Of a stretch of 64,000 nucleotides of DNA, positions 11,157-24,756 are shown piece after piece. The stretch comes from Octopus sinensis. Lineage: Eukaryota. The number at the start of each line of letters is the position of its first letter. The first letter of the stretch is position 1. Location: NCBI RefSeq assembly GCF_006345805.1, contig NC_043000.1:35402001-35466000 (forward strand). The letters run 5' to 3'. Made by a program: the position numbers and the translations under genes. The notes below the pieces were generated by a model. It searched no databases and was not told the DNA's origin. It saw nothing but the letters and a program-made list of their open reading frames with translations.

Positions 11157-11538
11157 GGAGCACTCCGTCGGTTGCGACGATGAGGGTCCCAGCTGATACG
11201 ATCAACGGAACAGCTTGCTCGTGATATTAACGTGCAAGTGGCTGAGCACTCCACAGACACGTGTACCCTTAACGTAGTTCTCGAGGAGATTCAGCGTGAC
11301 AGAGAGTGTGACAAGGCTGGCCCTTTGAAATACAGGTACAAGAGAAACAGGACGAAAGAGCGAGAGAAAGTTGTGGTGAAAGAGTACAGCAGGGTTCACC
11401 ACCACCCCCTGCCGGAGCCTCGTGGAGCTTTAGGTGTTTTCGCTCAATAAACACTCACAATGCCCGGTCTGGGAATCGAAACCACGATCCTCCGACCGCG
11501 AGTCCGCTGCCCTAACCACTGGGCCATTGCACCTCCAC
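11157..11538 (-). mobile_element. tRNA(Arg)-like SINE family C (OR-type), full length with 11-bp TSD
   Basis: Head GTGGAGGTGCAATGGCCCAGTGGTTAGGGCAGCGGACTCGCGGTC..GGTTTCGATTCCC (TCG at the anticodon-equivalent position); TSD attctggcata at 11146-11156 and 11539-11549. Confidence 0.9.
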
Positions 11539-12808
11539 ATTCTGGCATACGACCTTAATAGCTAAAAGCAGGAGTTATTCGTCCTCTCGTAGCAGATGTC
11601 TGACGCAACATGTAACAGCATGGGCACAGTCTCAACTCGGTTGAATGAGGATGGCAAAGCTGACTTGTCGGTTAAGAATTCAGTATTAGGGGGTATAATT
11701 TAAAGTATTTAGTGTGCCGTCCTACTAATTCTTCAGAAGCGTACTCACGATATTCAAAATAAGTTGATGGAAATCTCGGATCTGTTGGGTTAATGTTGCA
11801 TTCTGGATTAGAACTCGGTATGAAAAGATTCGTAACTTAATTCCACCCGAGCTTTCTTCCGCTGTTTTACAGTTTCTTTTCTCCTTTATTCTCCCTCACT
11901 TTAATTTCACTGATTTTAAATATTGTGTGAGGAGGTGAGTTCTTAATTGAATTGTTCCACAGATATTATAGGTATTCAGTTTGAGAACCCCGTGGGACGG
12001 GAAGACGAACCAGAACATAAAAGTAGGAAATTTATTCTAAGGATTGAACTGCTGGACTGTATTCTCTGCCACTCTCCAGATAACACTTCAGATTGACTTA
12101 AATGAAAATACCACATTAAAGAATGGAATTGTGTTGTTCCTGTTCCTTGTTTCTCACCGTGACATAATCTGTACATTATCCCCACCTACTCCCACCTACT
12201 CTGTCAACCTGTTCTCTCTCTCACCAACGCCCACCCACCACGCTGTCACTATATTCTCTATTTAACTGTCATCTTACCCAACAGACCACCACCCTACTCT
12301 AATATACAATCCAGCAATCCTCAAATCGCTTCTTATAATCCTCGGTTTAAGATTAAAAATATAATCCAAAAAGAAAGTACCGGAACTTTGTTTAAATCGA
12401 TTCACTTAAAGAGATGTTGGTATTTGGTTGTGAATTATTGATCAGGCGACACTTCGATCTTTTCTTTTTTCCGAGTTCACCTTAAACCACATCTTTTGCG
12501 GCCACCACACCTACTACCACCGAAACCATTATCACCACTCTCAATTCCGCTTCTACAAGCAACAAGATGACAATAACAACAACACCATTGCCATTATCAT
12601 CATCGACCGCCTCCATTTCCCCTCTTCCGCATCTCCAACATAAGTCTTCTCGGTATTAACACTTCCAAAATCACAGACATCACTTCCAACGCTAGAAAGC
12701 TTTTTCTGCCTCTCCACGCTACCATGACGACGATGAACACCACCACCACCACCACCACAACCGCTGCCGATGCTCTCTGTGTGTGAGAGAGTCTCTCTCC
12801 GTATATAT

Positions 12809-12847
<39 letters not shown>

Positions 12848-13069
12848 AATTGAGATAGGGGTTGTAAATGCAACCCTCCATTTTCTTATTTTGTATATAT
12901 ATATATATGTATGTATGTATATACACACAGACATCTATATATATGCTCGTATATATATTTACGCACACACACACACCACACACACACACACACACACATA
13001 TATAAATATATATATGAGAATATATATTATAGATATATATATATATATTATATTATTATATATGAGAGA

Positions 13070-13105
<36 letters not shown>

Positions 13106-13517
13106 AATCTGGTACATAAAATACCATACAACATAAATTGATTTATCAAAATTATCTCCACCTCTACAGGACGTACCGTAATTATCAAATGGCAATTATA
13201 ATCAGATCTACTTGGAAAAGAGGAGATAATCTCAAGATTTAAAAATACTTCAAAACTGACATGCCATTAAGGATGAGGATAAACTTATTGTGTGGAGACA
13301 CCAGCATAGCCGTGGAGTTGTATTTCTGGCTAAATAGCCTTCATCATTACAACAATCCTTCGACCTCATCTCCAGTAGTAAAAGGACTTAAATGAAACAG
13401 AATAGAAAACACCCATAGCCTAGATAGTCTTCGTAATTTAAACAAAAAGCAAAAAAAAAAAAAGAAAAACGAGCTAAGAGAAATAACTCAAAGTGGCCAG
13501 TGGCATATATTTGAAAC

Positions 13518-13840
13518 GTGACACTCCGTCGGTTACAACGACGAGGGTTCCAGTTGATCCAATCAACGGAACAGCCGGCTCGTGAAATTAACGTGCAAAT
13601 GGCTGAGCACTCCGCAGACACATGCATACCCTTAACGTGGTTCTCTAGGAGATTCAGCGTGACACAGGGTGTTAGAAGGTTGGCCCTTTGAAATACAAGT
13701 ACAGCAGAAACAGGAAGAAAGAGTGAGAGAAATTTATTGTGAAAGAATACAGTAGGGTTCGCCAGCACCTACTGCCGGAGCCTCGTGGAGCTTTAGGTAT
13801 TTTCGCTCAATAAACACTCACAACACCCGGTCTGGGAACC
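13518..13840 (-). mobile_element. SINE family C lacking most of its tRNA head
   Basis: Colinear with 11160-11480. Confidence 0.9.
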
Positions 13841-14088
13841 GTAAAGACACTAGCATCGGTTGTCAAGCGATGGTGGGAGGACGAAAACAAACACACGAAT
13901 ACACACACACATAAACACGACGGGCTTCTTTCAGTTTCCGTCTACCAAATCCACTCACAAGGCTTTGGTCAGCCCGAGGCTATAGTAGAAGACACTTGCC
14001 CAAAGTGTCACACAGTGGAACTGAACCCGGTACCAAGTTACTTACCACACAGCCATTCCTGCACCTATACACAGCCATTCCTGTGCCT
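13841..14088 (-). mobile_element. SINE family A 5' part, with a tandem duplication of its first ~22 nt
   Basis: Matches family A; acacagccattcctg(c/t)(a/g)cctat occurs twice at about 14048-14090. Confidence 0.88.
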
Positions 14089-14216
14089 ATGTATATAAAT
14101 ATACACGTACACACACAAATCACACATGCAAACATACACACACAGAGCAAAAATTGGATCATGATAATTTTATTTACCATAAACTCCAGTCTTTGTTACA
14201 ATACATAAAATGTGAT

Positions 14217-14463
14217 GTTCCTTCCCGTGTCATATAGGCCCAAGAGGGCCTGCTGTCCTGGATTCAATGGCGTACATAATCCCCACCAGGACGGTACGCT
14301 AGTCTGTTGCAGGGTCACTCATTTTAACCATCTGAGTGGACTGGAGCAACGTGAAACGAAGTGCTTTGCTCAAAAGCACAAGCGTCGCCCGGTCCAGTAA
14401 TCGAAACCACAATCTTACAAACACGAGTCCAAAACCCCTAACCACTAAGCCACGCGTCTCCAC
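14217..14463 (-). mobile_element. CORE-type tRNA SINE (family D)
   Basis: GTGGAGACGCGTGGCTTAGTGGTTAGG head, B-box, CORE-like TTGAGCAAAGCACTTCGTTTCACGTTGCTCCAGTCCACTCAG. Confidence 0.8.
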
Positions 14464-14547
14464 TGTTGTAATACTTTCTCTGCCACTAATATACTTGACA
14501 GTTAAAATACAACGATCTACTTCATGAGGACATTGCTTGGAGTGTAT

Positions 14548-14598
<51 letters not shown>

Positions 14599-14608
14599 TA
14601 CATACATA

Positions 14609-14643
<35 letters not shown>

Positions 14644-15414
14644 TCAATGGACGCCATTTACACAAACTTTACGTGGGCGCTTTTGCTTATCTTGCTGTTT
14701 TTATTTTTACGGTTTCGTATCGACTTTTTACCTCTTTTTCTCTACACTCCTATTTTGATGAAGGAAAATATCCGAAACATCTTAATGAACTCTTTCTTCA
14801 TTTTCTTGTGCGTTAGTTAATAAATTTTGATCAGAGACTCGTTCCATCTTGTGACTCTCTTTGGAATTTTCGTTCCCCCTTTCTCTCTCACTTCTTCCTT
14901 TCATAACAACACAGTACACACACACTCGTGACCACATAGTGAAACAACACACACACACACGATACGCGGATGGTTGTAGTGATCTTTTCCGCGCTGCCTA
15001 GATTTTATCATAGAATAATTTGTTGATAAATATCTGTGAAGTCTATCAGATCTTGATATTGGAGTCTTAGTACACACTCTCTCTCTCTTTCTCTCTCTCT
15101 CTTTCTTTCTCTTTCTTTTTCACAATGTTCCAAGCAGAAGCAGTACACATGACACATGAGTAATTTCCCTTGATGGTAAAGTTGTAAATTTCTGTGAAAA
15201 AACATTCAAAATTACAGTGGATTTATACCTCCAACCCTTCGACGAAATTTTGCCACGCCATTCTCTCTTTCTTGTTCTGCACGTACGCCCACCTCTGTAC
15301 GAATTCTATATTCTAACCCTTGTTTTGAGAAGCTCGATGGATCGAAACAGATGTATAGTTGTCAAAATAATTAAACACATTCTCGTACACGCAGCAGACG
15401 CTCAGATATTGAGA

Positions 15415-15563
15415 TAGAAAGACAGTCATATAGACAAAGACAATTCGATAAATCGATGGACAGATAGAGAGATAGACAGATAGATACATGGACAAATAGA
15501 TAGATAAATAGATAGATAGATAGATAGAGATAGATAGATAGATAGATAGATAAATAGATAGAC

Positions 15564-15633
<70 letters not shown>

Positions 15634-15652
15634 GTAGATAGATAGATAGATG
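15415..15652. repeat. (GATA)n microsatellite
   Basis: Direct inspection. Confidence 0.95.
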
Positions 15653-16022
15653 TGGAGATGGAGAGCTGTAGACTGCAAAGTGCTATGTTATCGACATAGG
15701 ATTTAGTTACAGTTTAATTATGTGATGTCTGTGAGCAAGCAAGGTGTTGGAATTACTAATGGGTTTGGCAGATGTTGAGTTCTTGATTCTTTATTTCACT
15801 GAATCGCTTTCCAATATCTGACAGCATTAACCGATCGCTGAACAAAATTGGCAGACATCTCTTGGAATGGGGGTGGGGAGAGGGGGAGCCTTTAATCCAC
15901 ACACTGCATATCGGTGCATGTATATTCATACATACATACACACATACACACACATACATACACACATAAATACATACATACATACATACACCACACAACC
16001 ACCACATATATATATATTATAT

Positions 16023-16075
<53 letters not shown>

Positions 16076-16381
16076 ATATATATATATATATATAGTATAT
16101 ATATATATATGGATATATATATATATATATGTGTATATATATATGTATATATACTACATATATATATAATATGAATATATATACGTATATGTATATATTT
16201 AGATATGGATATATATACATATATATCTATGTAGGTATATGTATGTGAGCATATATATATATATAATTATATATATAATATATATATATATACTCACAAA
16301 CACACATATATAGTGAGAGATAGTGAGAGAGAGAGAGAGAGGGAAAGATAGAGAGAGCATGTGATGGTGATGGTGATAGTG

Positions 16382-16793
16382 ATGGTGGTGGTGGTGTGTG
16401 TGTATGGACAACTGTTGTATAGGTATTGGTAATATAGTGTGTTGATGGTGGCGGTGTGCATTGTATATTCATTTATGTATGCATGTGTATGTATGTATAT
16501 ACATATGCACACATACATACGTGGGTGGGGGCAGTGAGTCGATGACAAGAATGGGAACATTGGTGATGCTTATGGTGGCGATGGTGGTGGTGGTGTGTGT
16601 GTATGGACAACTGTTGTATAGGTATTGGTAGATATAGTGTGTTGATGGTGGCGGTGTGCATTATATTCATTTATGTATGCATGTGTATGTATGTATATAT
16701 ACATATGCACACATACATACGTGGGTGGGGGCAGTGAGTCGATGACAAGAATGGGAACATTGGTGATGCTTATGGTGGCGATGGTGGTGGTGG
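16382..16793. repeat. Tandem duplication, period about 199-200 bp, two near-identical copies
   Basis: ggacaactgttgtatagg at 16406 and 16605; gatgacaagaatgggaacat at 16541 and 16741. Confidence 0.92.
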
Positions 16794-17699
16794 TTATATT
16801 TGTGACGGTGAATATTTGATATTTAAGAAGTGTAGAGATTGGAAGAAGAAGAAGAAGAAGAAGAAGAAGAAAGGGGGGAGTGGTGTGGATGTCCAAAGAC
16901 TGTATGGAAGTAAAGAACCACTGACCAAAAGACATTAAATTTAATAGAAGAAATAACATTTATTTAGTTTGGCCGAAAGAACCCTTTTCTATTACTGGTA
17001 TCAGTTAACGGGACACAATGACAATGATATAACCGGTAGCAGATATGTAAGGAGAATTTGAAGCCGTACGCATTGATTGGCGAAACTTTATATTTTAAAG
17101 CTATTTAGTCTGTTGTTAATATTTTCCTAATCTCATTCTTTAATCTTTTAATCGGGTGAGAAGGCAGTGGCCAAGAGCATTCACGGTGCTTCCGAGATTA
17201 AGAAAGAGGGAGGAAGTTGCGCCGAAACCGGATACCTGACCGGGAACCTTGCGACAGACTTGTATCGGATAAGGACATCGCAAATGGCTGTGGTAGATGT
17301 GGAGGGTGATTTCGAGCTGGGTGACGGGGGATGACGTCCACCACCCGATACAGGGTAGTCATAAGCAGTGGTAGTGTTTGGCAGCAGCATCACTGCCACA
17401 AGCAACAGCATCGACCCCCACCACCGTCACCACCACCACCATCATCATCGATATCTTCATCAGATTTTGTGTTGATCCTCCTCATTGATCCTCCCATTGA
17501 TCCTCCTCACTAATCATCACTTATCTCCCCTTTTAGAACTCTTTAGCTATTGTTTCCAATCTTGCATTGAATCCCTTTGCATTTACAAGATTTATTCTAT
17601 AATTCTGTTTCACTTTTCATTTCGAGTTTTACGTGTTGTCTGTGTAAATTTGTTCGTTTTCTTTCTCTTTCTATAACGCCAGCGACTTTTTCTACTTTA

Positions 17700-18900
17700 A
17701 TATTTTAGAATAGAGTAGAAAGGATGGAACAAAGATGCGGTCTGTTTATCAGAAAATGGCTTGGTCTGCCGAAACCACTGAATACAACTGCGCTGTACGG
17801 AAAACCCGTGCTGCAACTACCGATAACCTCAATCGCCGAAGAATATAAGGCAGGAAAGGCAAGGATAGCAATGATGCTAAGGTATTCGAAAGATCAGTAC
17901 ATCCGAGAAAGCCCTTCAACGGTAAAAACAGGGAGGAAATGGGAAGCGGAAGAAGCAATAAACAGAGCAATCGGAAAGCTAAGGCATGTTGATATAGTTG
18001 GAGCGATGTCAAAAGCAAGAGCCGGCCTAGAGTTGCAAGATTTCAAACCATTTTACATGAGCAGTGTAAAAGAGATGAAAGAGGAAGTGGTACACAAAGT
18101 GAGAAAGGAGGAAGAAGAAAGGCGAAATGTGCATTTGGTGCAATGTAGTCAACAGGGACAGTGCCTGAGATTGGAGGATTATGTGGTCAGTCGCAGAATC
18201 TCATGGAAGGAACATTGGGTTTGAGAATAAGCAAGAACATCCTTCCTGATGAAGTCTGCCTTCGACGTTTTACTTGTCACCGGCGAATTTAGATGCGGAG
18301 AGAAAGCGACGGTGAGACATGTTCTGTCAAACTGCAGTCTAGCACTAGACAGATAGACATGGCATCACAATCAAGTCCTTAGTGTCATAAGCGCAGCACT
18401 CAAGAAGTTCGAGGGATATAATAGGGGAGAGTACCCAAAAGTGGGAAAGAGTGGAAGGATATACTCCCAGAAGGAGGGGAAAAGGACATACGGCCAGGCC
18501 TTCAAATAAATTGTACGAGACAGACGAAAGATGGAAGGGATACTGGGAGCTGACCGCAGATTTGGAAAGGCTGTTAATATTTCCACCCATAAAAACAACA
18601 AAAAGATCGGACTTAATCCTATGGAACACAGAACGGAGAATTGGAATTTTGCTAGAGCTGACAGTGCCATGGGAAGAGAACATCGCTAAGAGAGAGCAAC
18701 GGAAGGAGAAGAGGTTTGAGAGATTAATCGAAGAGTGTGGAGAACAGGGATGGACTGTCGAGTATTACCTCTTGGCAATGGGGGACAGAGGCTTCATTGA
18801 AAAGTAATAAGGAGGATACAGGAAGCAGTCGACAAAGCCACCTTCTATATATGGCTGAAAGGCGAGAAGACCCAAAATGGCTCGAAATCTATAACATGCC
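17700..18900 (+). mobile_element. HERO-clade (RLE-encoding) non-LTR retrotransposon, 5'-truncated and disrupted
   Basis: IRKWLGLPKPLNTTALYG..LQLPITSIAEEYKAGKAR..KTGRKWEAEEAI; HVLSNC..RHNQVL-like zinc-knuckle remnant; RLE RSDLILWN..ILLELTVPWEEN..RKEKRF; stops and frameshifts. Confidence 0.85.
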
Positions 18901-19734
18901 GACTGGGAAATAGCGTCGCTAGGTGAGGCTGGCTGACACTTAAGCAGCATCGCTGATTGACAGGTGGGCCAAGGTAGCGATCTCGCTCATAGGGCGCCCT
19001 CCTCCTGGTTTGAAGGTTCGTACCACCAAACCGCTGGTCAGCTCTGGCTGCTGGAACTGAAACTAACGCGACACTGTTGGAAGGTAGGTTTAAAGAGGGT
19101 ACGGGCTAAAACTACGCACCCTTCCCCTCAATTGGTCGGTTGAAGCTTAGACAGGGTCACGTGACAGTTAGCTGGTGCTGGCTGCTGGAGCCTACCGGCG
19201 AGTATTTAAGGGTAAATTTGGCAGGATGGCCATTTGCCCGCTGACATTAGTCTTACATTCTTACGTGTTAATTTGCTTGTGTCTATCGTGAAGGTTAGTT
19301 GTTAAATTGTTGCCCGCTTATTGTTACATTGTGCTTGTTGGTTTCCCGTAAGGGACACGTTGTTAAAATTCTTGTCTGCATTACATTGTGAACTGATTTC
19401 CTCCCCCAAGGGGGAAGGATATATAAATTTTGTTACTGCTTGCGGTTTGAACCGCGCCCCCTTGTGAAACAAATTTTTTTCGTATTTTTGAATATTAAAA
19501 AAAAAATATATTGTAAAAAACATTGTGTTCTGTGGAAAAACAAAATAAAAGAATGAATTTTGTCGCCGCTGTCGGTGGCCGTGAAACTATCACTCTAAAA
19601 ATGGAAGCCATACAGGCCCGTTATGGAATGATAACTGAAGAACACGGTGAGAGTAAAATAACGATTAGGGTGCAGAGCTTATTCTCAGCACCTCTTCTTA
19701 TGCCTTAACAAATTCCCTTTCTACTCTAGACTTA

Positions 19735-19915
19735 ACTGCTTGTAAGTACTTCGCCCGTTTTTAAGTTCTGAGTTCAAATTCCGCTGAGGTCGGCTTTGCC
19801 TTTCATCCTTTAGGGGTCGATAAAATAAGTACCGGTTTAACACTGGGGTCGGTGCAATCGACTAACCCTCTTCTCCGAAATTTCAGGCCTTGTGCTTATA
19901 GTAGAAAGGATTATT
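19735..19915 (+). mobile_element. SINE family B (Meta-domain-like)
   Basis: GAGTTCAAATTCCGCTGAGGTCGGCTTTGCCTTTCATCCTTTAGGGGTCGATAAAATAAGTACC and tail GTAGAAAGGATTATT. Confidence 0.88.
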
Positions 19916-20007
19916 TTCATTGCTGCTGCTGTTGTTGTTGCTGAATGCCAGAAACATAATTTCGGCAATAAACTCGCGCGCAGTCGCAGTAGTTCGGCGT
20001 GGCGCTG

Positions 20008-20845
20008 GAATCACTTTTTGTGAACAACTTTAAGTCCTCCATGAATAGTAAGCGGTTCAGTTTTCCCTTTCTTCTTCCCAGATCATACTCCAGCTTTGTC
20101 CTCTGTAGTATTTCACTCAAGGGGATCATTCTCAGTACAAAAAACAGTGGGGACACACTGTGCCCCTGGAAGAAACCTCACTTGATTTTTACTTCCAATA
20201 CTTGATTCCCGGTTGTTAATTCAGTTGTTCAACCTTTCATGCTGTTCTATATGGGGCTTCTCATATTTTCTGCTACTTCATACATTTCCATTGTTCTTGT
20301 TATCCAAGAGTGTGGTATCATATCGTATGCTTTACGATAATCAATCTATGTCATGCTCAGGTTTGTCTGTCTTCAGTTCCTGATAATTAGATTATCAATT
20401 AACAGCTGATTTTTCGTTCCTCAGCTCCTCTTTCGGCACCTTTTTCTGTTCAAGAGGTAGCAGCCCACTTTTTTCCAAGTATTTATACAGTTCACCGGCC
20501 AAAGCACCAGACATTAGTTTTTCACATTAGCAAAAGACACATTATTGGCCGGAAGCTGGATGCAACATTACCCTTTCTTGGCACATAATGTCTTTCCCTT
20601 TGTCATCCAGCTGGATACTGCATCTTCCTGCAAGACCTCATCAAGCTGTTGTGCTATTCTTTCCTGGAGCCCTCTCAGTTTCTCCATCCAATAACCACGG
20701 ACCACCGGTCCTGGCTCTTCCAATTTGGGAATTTCCTTAACTTCTTTTTAATCATATCTGTTATCTTTATATCGTCTTAGCCTTCTATATTTCTTAATCC
20801 ATCTTGGATTTCATGCAGCCACTCCGTTTCATCATTTCCAGGTTG
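20008..20845 (-). mobile_element. R4/Dong-clade LINE reverse transcriptase fragment
   Basis: IDYRKAYDMIPHSWI, GFFQGHSVSPLFFVLRMIPLS, KLNRLLFMEDLKLF motifs; frameshifted. Confidence 0.85.
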
Positions 20846-20849
20846 TATT

Positions 20850-21310
20850 AGGCATTTTCACTCAATCTTGAAGTTCGTGTTTTAAGGTTACTCACCAACC
20901 GGTAATTTGATCGAGACACCATATTTAGTAAGATTGTCAACCAAGACTGCAGAGCTCTTACTATCCATAAGTTGGGCCTGTTTCCATTCACATCACTAGG
21001 ATATAGGTGAACACTGGTTGGTCCCGTATCTTCATTCTAGGTCCCGATTCGCAGTTCATTCGCCATCATCCCAGGCATGGAGCCATTGGACACTGACAGG
21101 TTGTCACCAATGTGGCAAAGGAGTCCTATTTGTCCCACTTTTTAAATCAGAGTGTTCCTTCTCTTAGAGAGACTGCCAACCAAGGCTCACGAGTTCTGTC
21201 TACACGCTTTCTGAGTTTTGTATTTAATCCCGCCAGGGTGTCGAAAATTCACCCTCCTCACCAAGCAAGCTTAGTGGGGTTGCCGGTTTAGTCGCCGACA
21301 GCTCAACTTT
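20850..21310 (-). mobile_element. RTE-type LINE 5' end (5' UTR plus start of APE endonuclease)
   Basis: AACTCGTGAGCCTTGGTTGGCAGTCTCTCTAAGAGAAGGAACACTCTGA recalled as an RTE 5'-UTR-like motif, followed by ELRIGT*N (cf. LRIGTWNV). Confidence 0.6.
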
Positions 21311-21415
21311 TGCACAACGCCACTTATTAATCGTTATAGCTTATTACTTGTTCACTATTATAATTTCACTATTACCTACTACAACCCCTACCTATCAATT
21401 ATTATTATTATTATT

Positions 21416-21837
21416 GTCTTTGCACAGCTTCTAATGCTGGAGATGTACTACGGTGCCAGCTGTTCACTACCAGTGAACTAAGGTAACACCCCTTATTTTT
21501 CGAGCACCTTCCGGAGTATTTGAGCGGTTCCAAACAGTGCTGTTTTCTGCAAGTGATCCACCCTTATTGCCGCTCCTATTTGTTCCATGTACTTCTCAAG
21601 ATTTTTACTCACTGTTACCAGGGCTCCGACAATTATTGGTACTACTACCACCTTTTTCATTGACCACAACTGCTTAACTTCCCACGCTAACCTGTAATAT
21701 CTCTCGATTTTCTTTCTTCCTTATCGCATGCTATATCTATGATCCAGCATCGTTTGCTTTCTTTCTCAATTGACACTATGTCTGGTTTCCTATTCTCTAT
21801 CTCATGGTCACACTGGATCATAAAATCCCATAGGATT
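21416..21837 (-). mobile_element. R4/Dong LINE 3' end (RLE domain) inside a (TAA)n array
   Basis: ILWDFMIQCDHEIENRKPDIV..CWIIDIAC / VVVVPIIVGAL..LQKTALFGTAQILRKVL; (TTA)n on both sides (21398-21415, 21835-21912). Confidence 0.9.
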
Positions 21838-21865
21838 ATTATTATTATCATCATCCTTATTATTA

Positions 21866-21915
<50 letters not shown>

Positions 21916-22388
21916 TACTCGGCATCTCTTCTTGACTTCTCGTCATTTTTCTTATATTTATTTTCGTTTTTTCAAGACACAGTTTATATTTTTGCTTCTT
22001 GAGGATTTCAAGAGATTTCTTGAATCCCGTGAAACACTTATGACCAATGTGTTGTTAAATGTAATATCACTGGTGACCAAGATATAATATATGGTCAGTA
22101 TGAAGTACATCCCTTGCTCTCAGTTTGCAATCCAATACGTTAGACAATTTGTTTACGTTAGAAATAAAATTGCAGGGAACAACTAAGATATTGTAAAGGG
22201 TATTAGGACTTGTGTGAACAAACTGGAATGTAAGGGACCCGTAGTATTAAGGATCTGCAGTAAGTGACAACCGACTAAAATACTACAGCAGCCAAGACTT
22301 CTTGATGTCATTTTTTTCCTAAATGCAGCAATCTCCGGGATTGCGGCATCTAGAAATATAATTGAGAAAGGAACAACAACAACAACAG

Positions 22389-22435
<47 letters not shown>

Positions 22436-23511
22436 GCATGTAATAATAACAAAAACAACAATTATATAATAGATAAATAAATTAACTGAAACAAGTATAT
22501 AAATATATAATGCAACTATTGCTACCGTTAAACTCCGTCTGCAGATGACAGTTATAATGAGTGTTAATGACTTTCTTGTCGTAAATTTCCGCTGTTAACA
22601 ACTTAGGCATTGATAACAATTACCTTTTAACTTGTTGCATTTTGTATTTCTCATTGATAGCTTCAGTCTTCCTTTTACACTTATCATTCTTCATGTTGAT
22701 ATTAATTTCAAAGGTTTTTTCTTCTTTTTTATCTCTTCCTTACTCTCTTTAATTCCTTCAACCCATCTCCAACTGCAGATTCCATTATTGTACATGTGTA
22801 TTATACATTATTTCAAAATGAAGTCTCTTGTTCGGGTATTAACACAACCATTTATTTAGATTCTACCGATGTTTAAGCTAATGTTATTTTTAAAGTGTTC
22901 TCGAAATATAAATTTAAATCAAATTTAAATTAAATTTCAGTTGATGAAAAAGAAATAGTTCATCTTCGAGCTGCGGGATGCAATTCTCCAGCACGAGTTC
23001 CTTAGAGCTTCAACTTTTGTCCCTTCTCTTAGTAGTGCGCTCGGCTTTTAGTCAAACAGTAATATTTTCTTTTCAAATAACAGGAGAAGCTAAATGTTTT
23101 GGGCATTGAATGAATAACCAGGTCGTGCAAAGTGAAGGCAATCGCAATAAATGTTGACTAAAAAAGACGTGGGAGATATTTGGTCAATGTACCATAGACT
23201 GGGGCACGGGGAACTTTTTAGGGATTGGTTTATGTGTCAAATGCAACATAATATAACGAATTACATATATAATGATGCATATAACAACACATATTATATA
23301 TATTATTTACAGAGTATAAAGATAAGAGCTACTTATAGTTTCAAGCATTAGAGAGGCGAGTCTAGGCAGGTTTTTATAACACAACTTGCGTGAACCTGGA
23401 AATTGCTTGAAGACACAAGGCGAGCTATGAAAACCTGCTGAGACACGGCTCTCCAATGCATGAAACTGCATAAATAATAAATATAGTATGTATTGTTATA
23501 TATATAATTTA

Positions 23512-23721
23512 TCTTTTATTTGTTTCAGTTATTAGACTGTGGCCATGTTGGGGCACCACCATCAAAAATTGTTAGTCGAATGAGCCAACCCCAGTACTTA
23601 TTTAAATCTGGTACTTATTCTATCGGTTTCTTCTGCCGAACCGCTAAGTTACGAGGACGTAAACACACCAACACCGGTTGTCAAGTAGTGACGGGGGGAA
23701 CAAACACAGGCGCACTCATAG

Positions 23722-23770
<49 letters not shown>

Positions 23771-23923
23771 TATATATGACGGACTTCTTTCAGTTTCCGT
23801 CTACCAAATCCACTCACAAGGCTTTGGTCGGCCCGAGGCTATAAGACACTCGCCCAAGGTGCCACGCAGTTGGACTGAACCCGGAACCATGTGGTTGGTA
23901 AGCAAGCTCCTTACCACACAGCC
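23512..23923 (-). mobile_element. SINE family A
   Basis: Full modular structure with internal (CA)n. Confidence 0.9.
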
Positions 23924-24706
23924 ACACTCTCTCTCTCCCTCTCACTCTCTCTCTCTCTCTCTATATATATATTTATTTATTTATTTATAGTGTGTATGTT
24001 AAACGCTATCTCTCACTGAATGGAGTACTTTTTTGTTGATCTTACCTTAACGGAACCGTGAACAGGTATATATAATATATAAACCAACAACTGGAATAGT
24101 TACATTATTTCAAATATTTAATTCCACTCTTTCTTCTCCCTAAATCCCTTTAATTCCGTATGTTTACCGAAACAACATTTTCCCTGAATACATTTTGAGA
24201 AAGCGAGATATTTAGCGAACGTTTATTTAAGATGTTACAACTATGAATCGCTTCTAAGTATTTACTCATCTCCTACATTGCTAAAGGCCGGCTGGAGAAG
24301 GGGTCGCAGACAGATCCTTAACCCCACCACTAACGTCACCATCATTGCTACATTTAGAAACAACACCAGCGGCTCCCCGACCTGCTAGAAATTGCAACCA
24401 GATTCCATCAAATCTTCTGACGGGAAGGACACTGAACGATGTAGTGTTCCAGATGTACAAAAAGATAAGTTCGCCTCTGATCACAAGCCTGCTTGATCAA
24501 GGCTGACCTAGGGCTAAACAAAGAACCATGTAGTCGCTTGATGTGCTAGAAATACCAGTCTATCACAAATGTCTTAGAATTTGAAGGACTCGCTAGATTA
24601 TGTAATTGATAATGCACCGTGAGAAAAACAGAAGAGATGGTCATAACTGGAACACTTTCGAGTGATTTTTTTTCTAAACCGATTTGAGGTTAAAGAATAG
24701 AACATG

Positions 24707-24756
<50 letters not shown>

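Noticed and set aside
11465-11538. tRNA-Arg gene (and other tRNA-like heads)
   Set aside because: Continues into a multi-copy SINE body with a TSD; no proper acceptor stem or Pol III terminator.
12600-12780. Protein-like minus-strand stretch HRRHGSVERQKKLSSVGSDVCDFG
   Set aside because: Lies between simple repeats, with no recognisable domain or convincing splice sites.
21200-21310. HDV-like ribozyme in the RTE 5' UTR
   Set aside because: Known for some RTEs, but no nested double pseudoknot could be built by eye.
22175-22265. Possible exon (ttgcag acceptor, gtaagt donor)
   Set aside because: All three frames contain stops; no other support.
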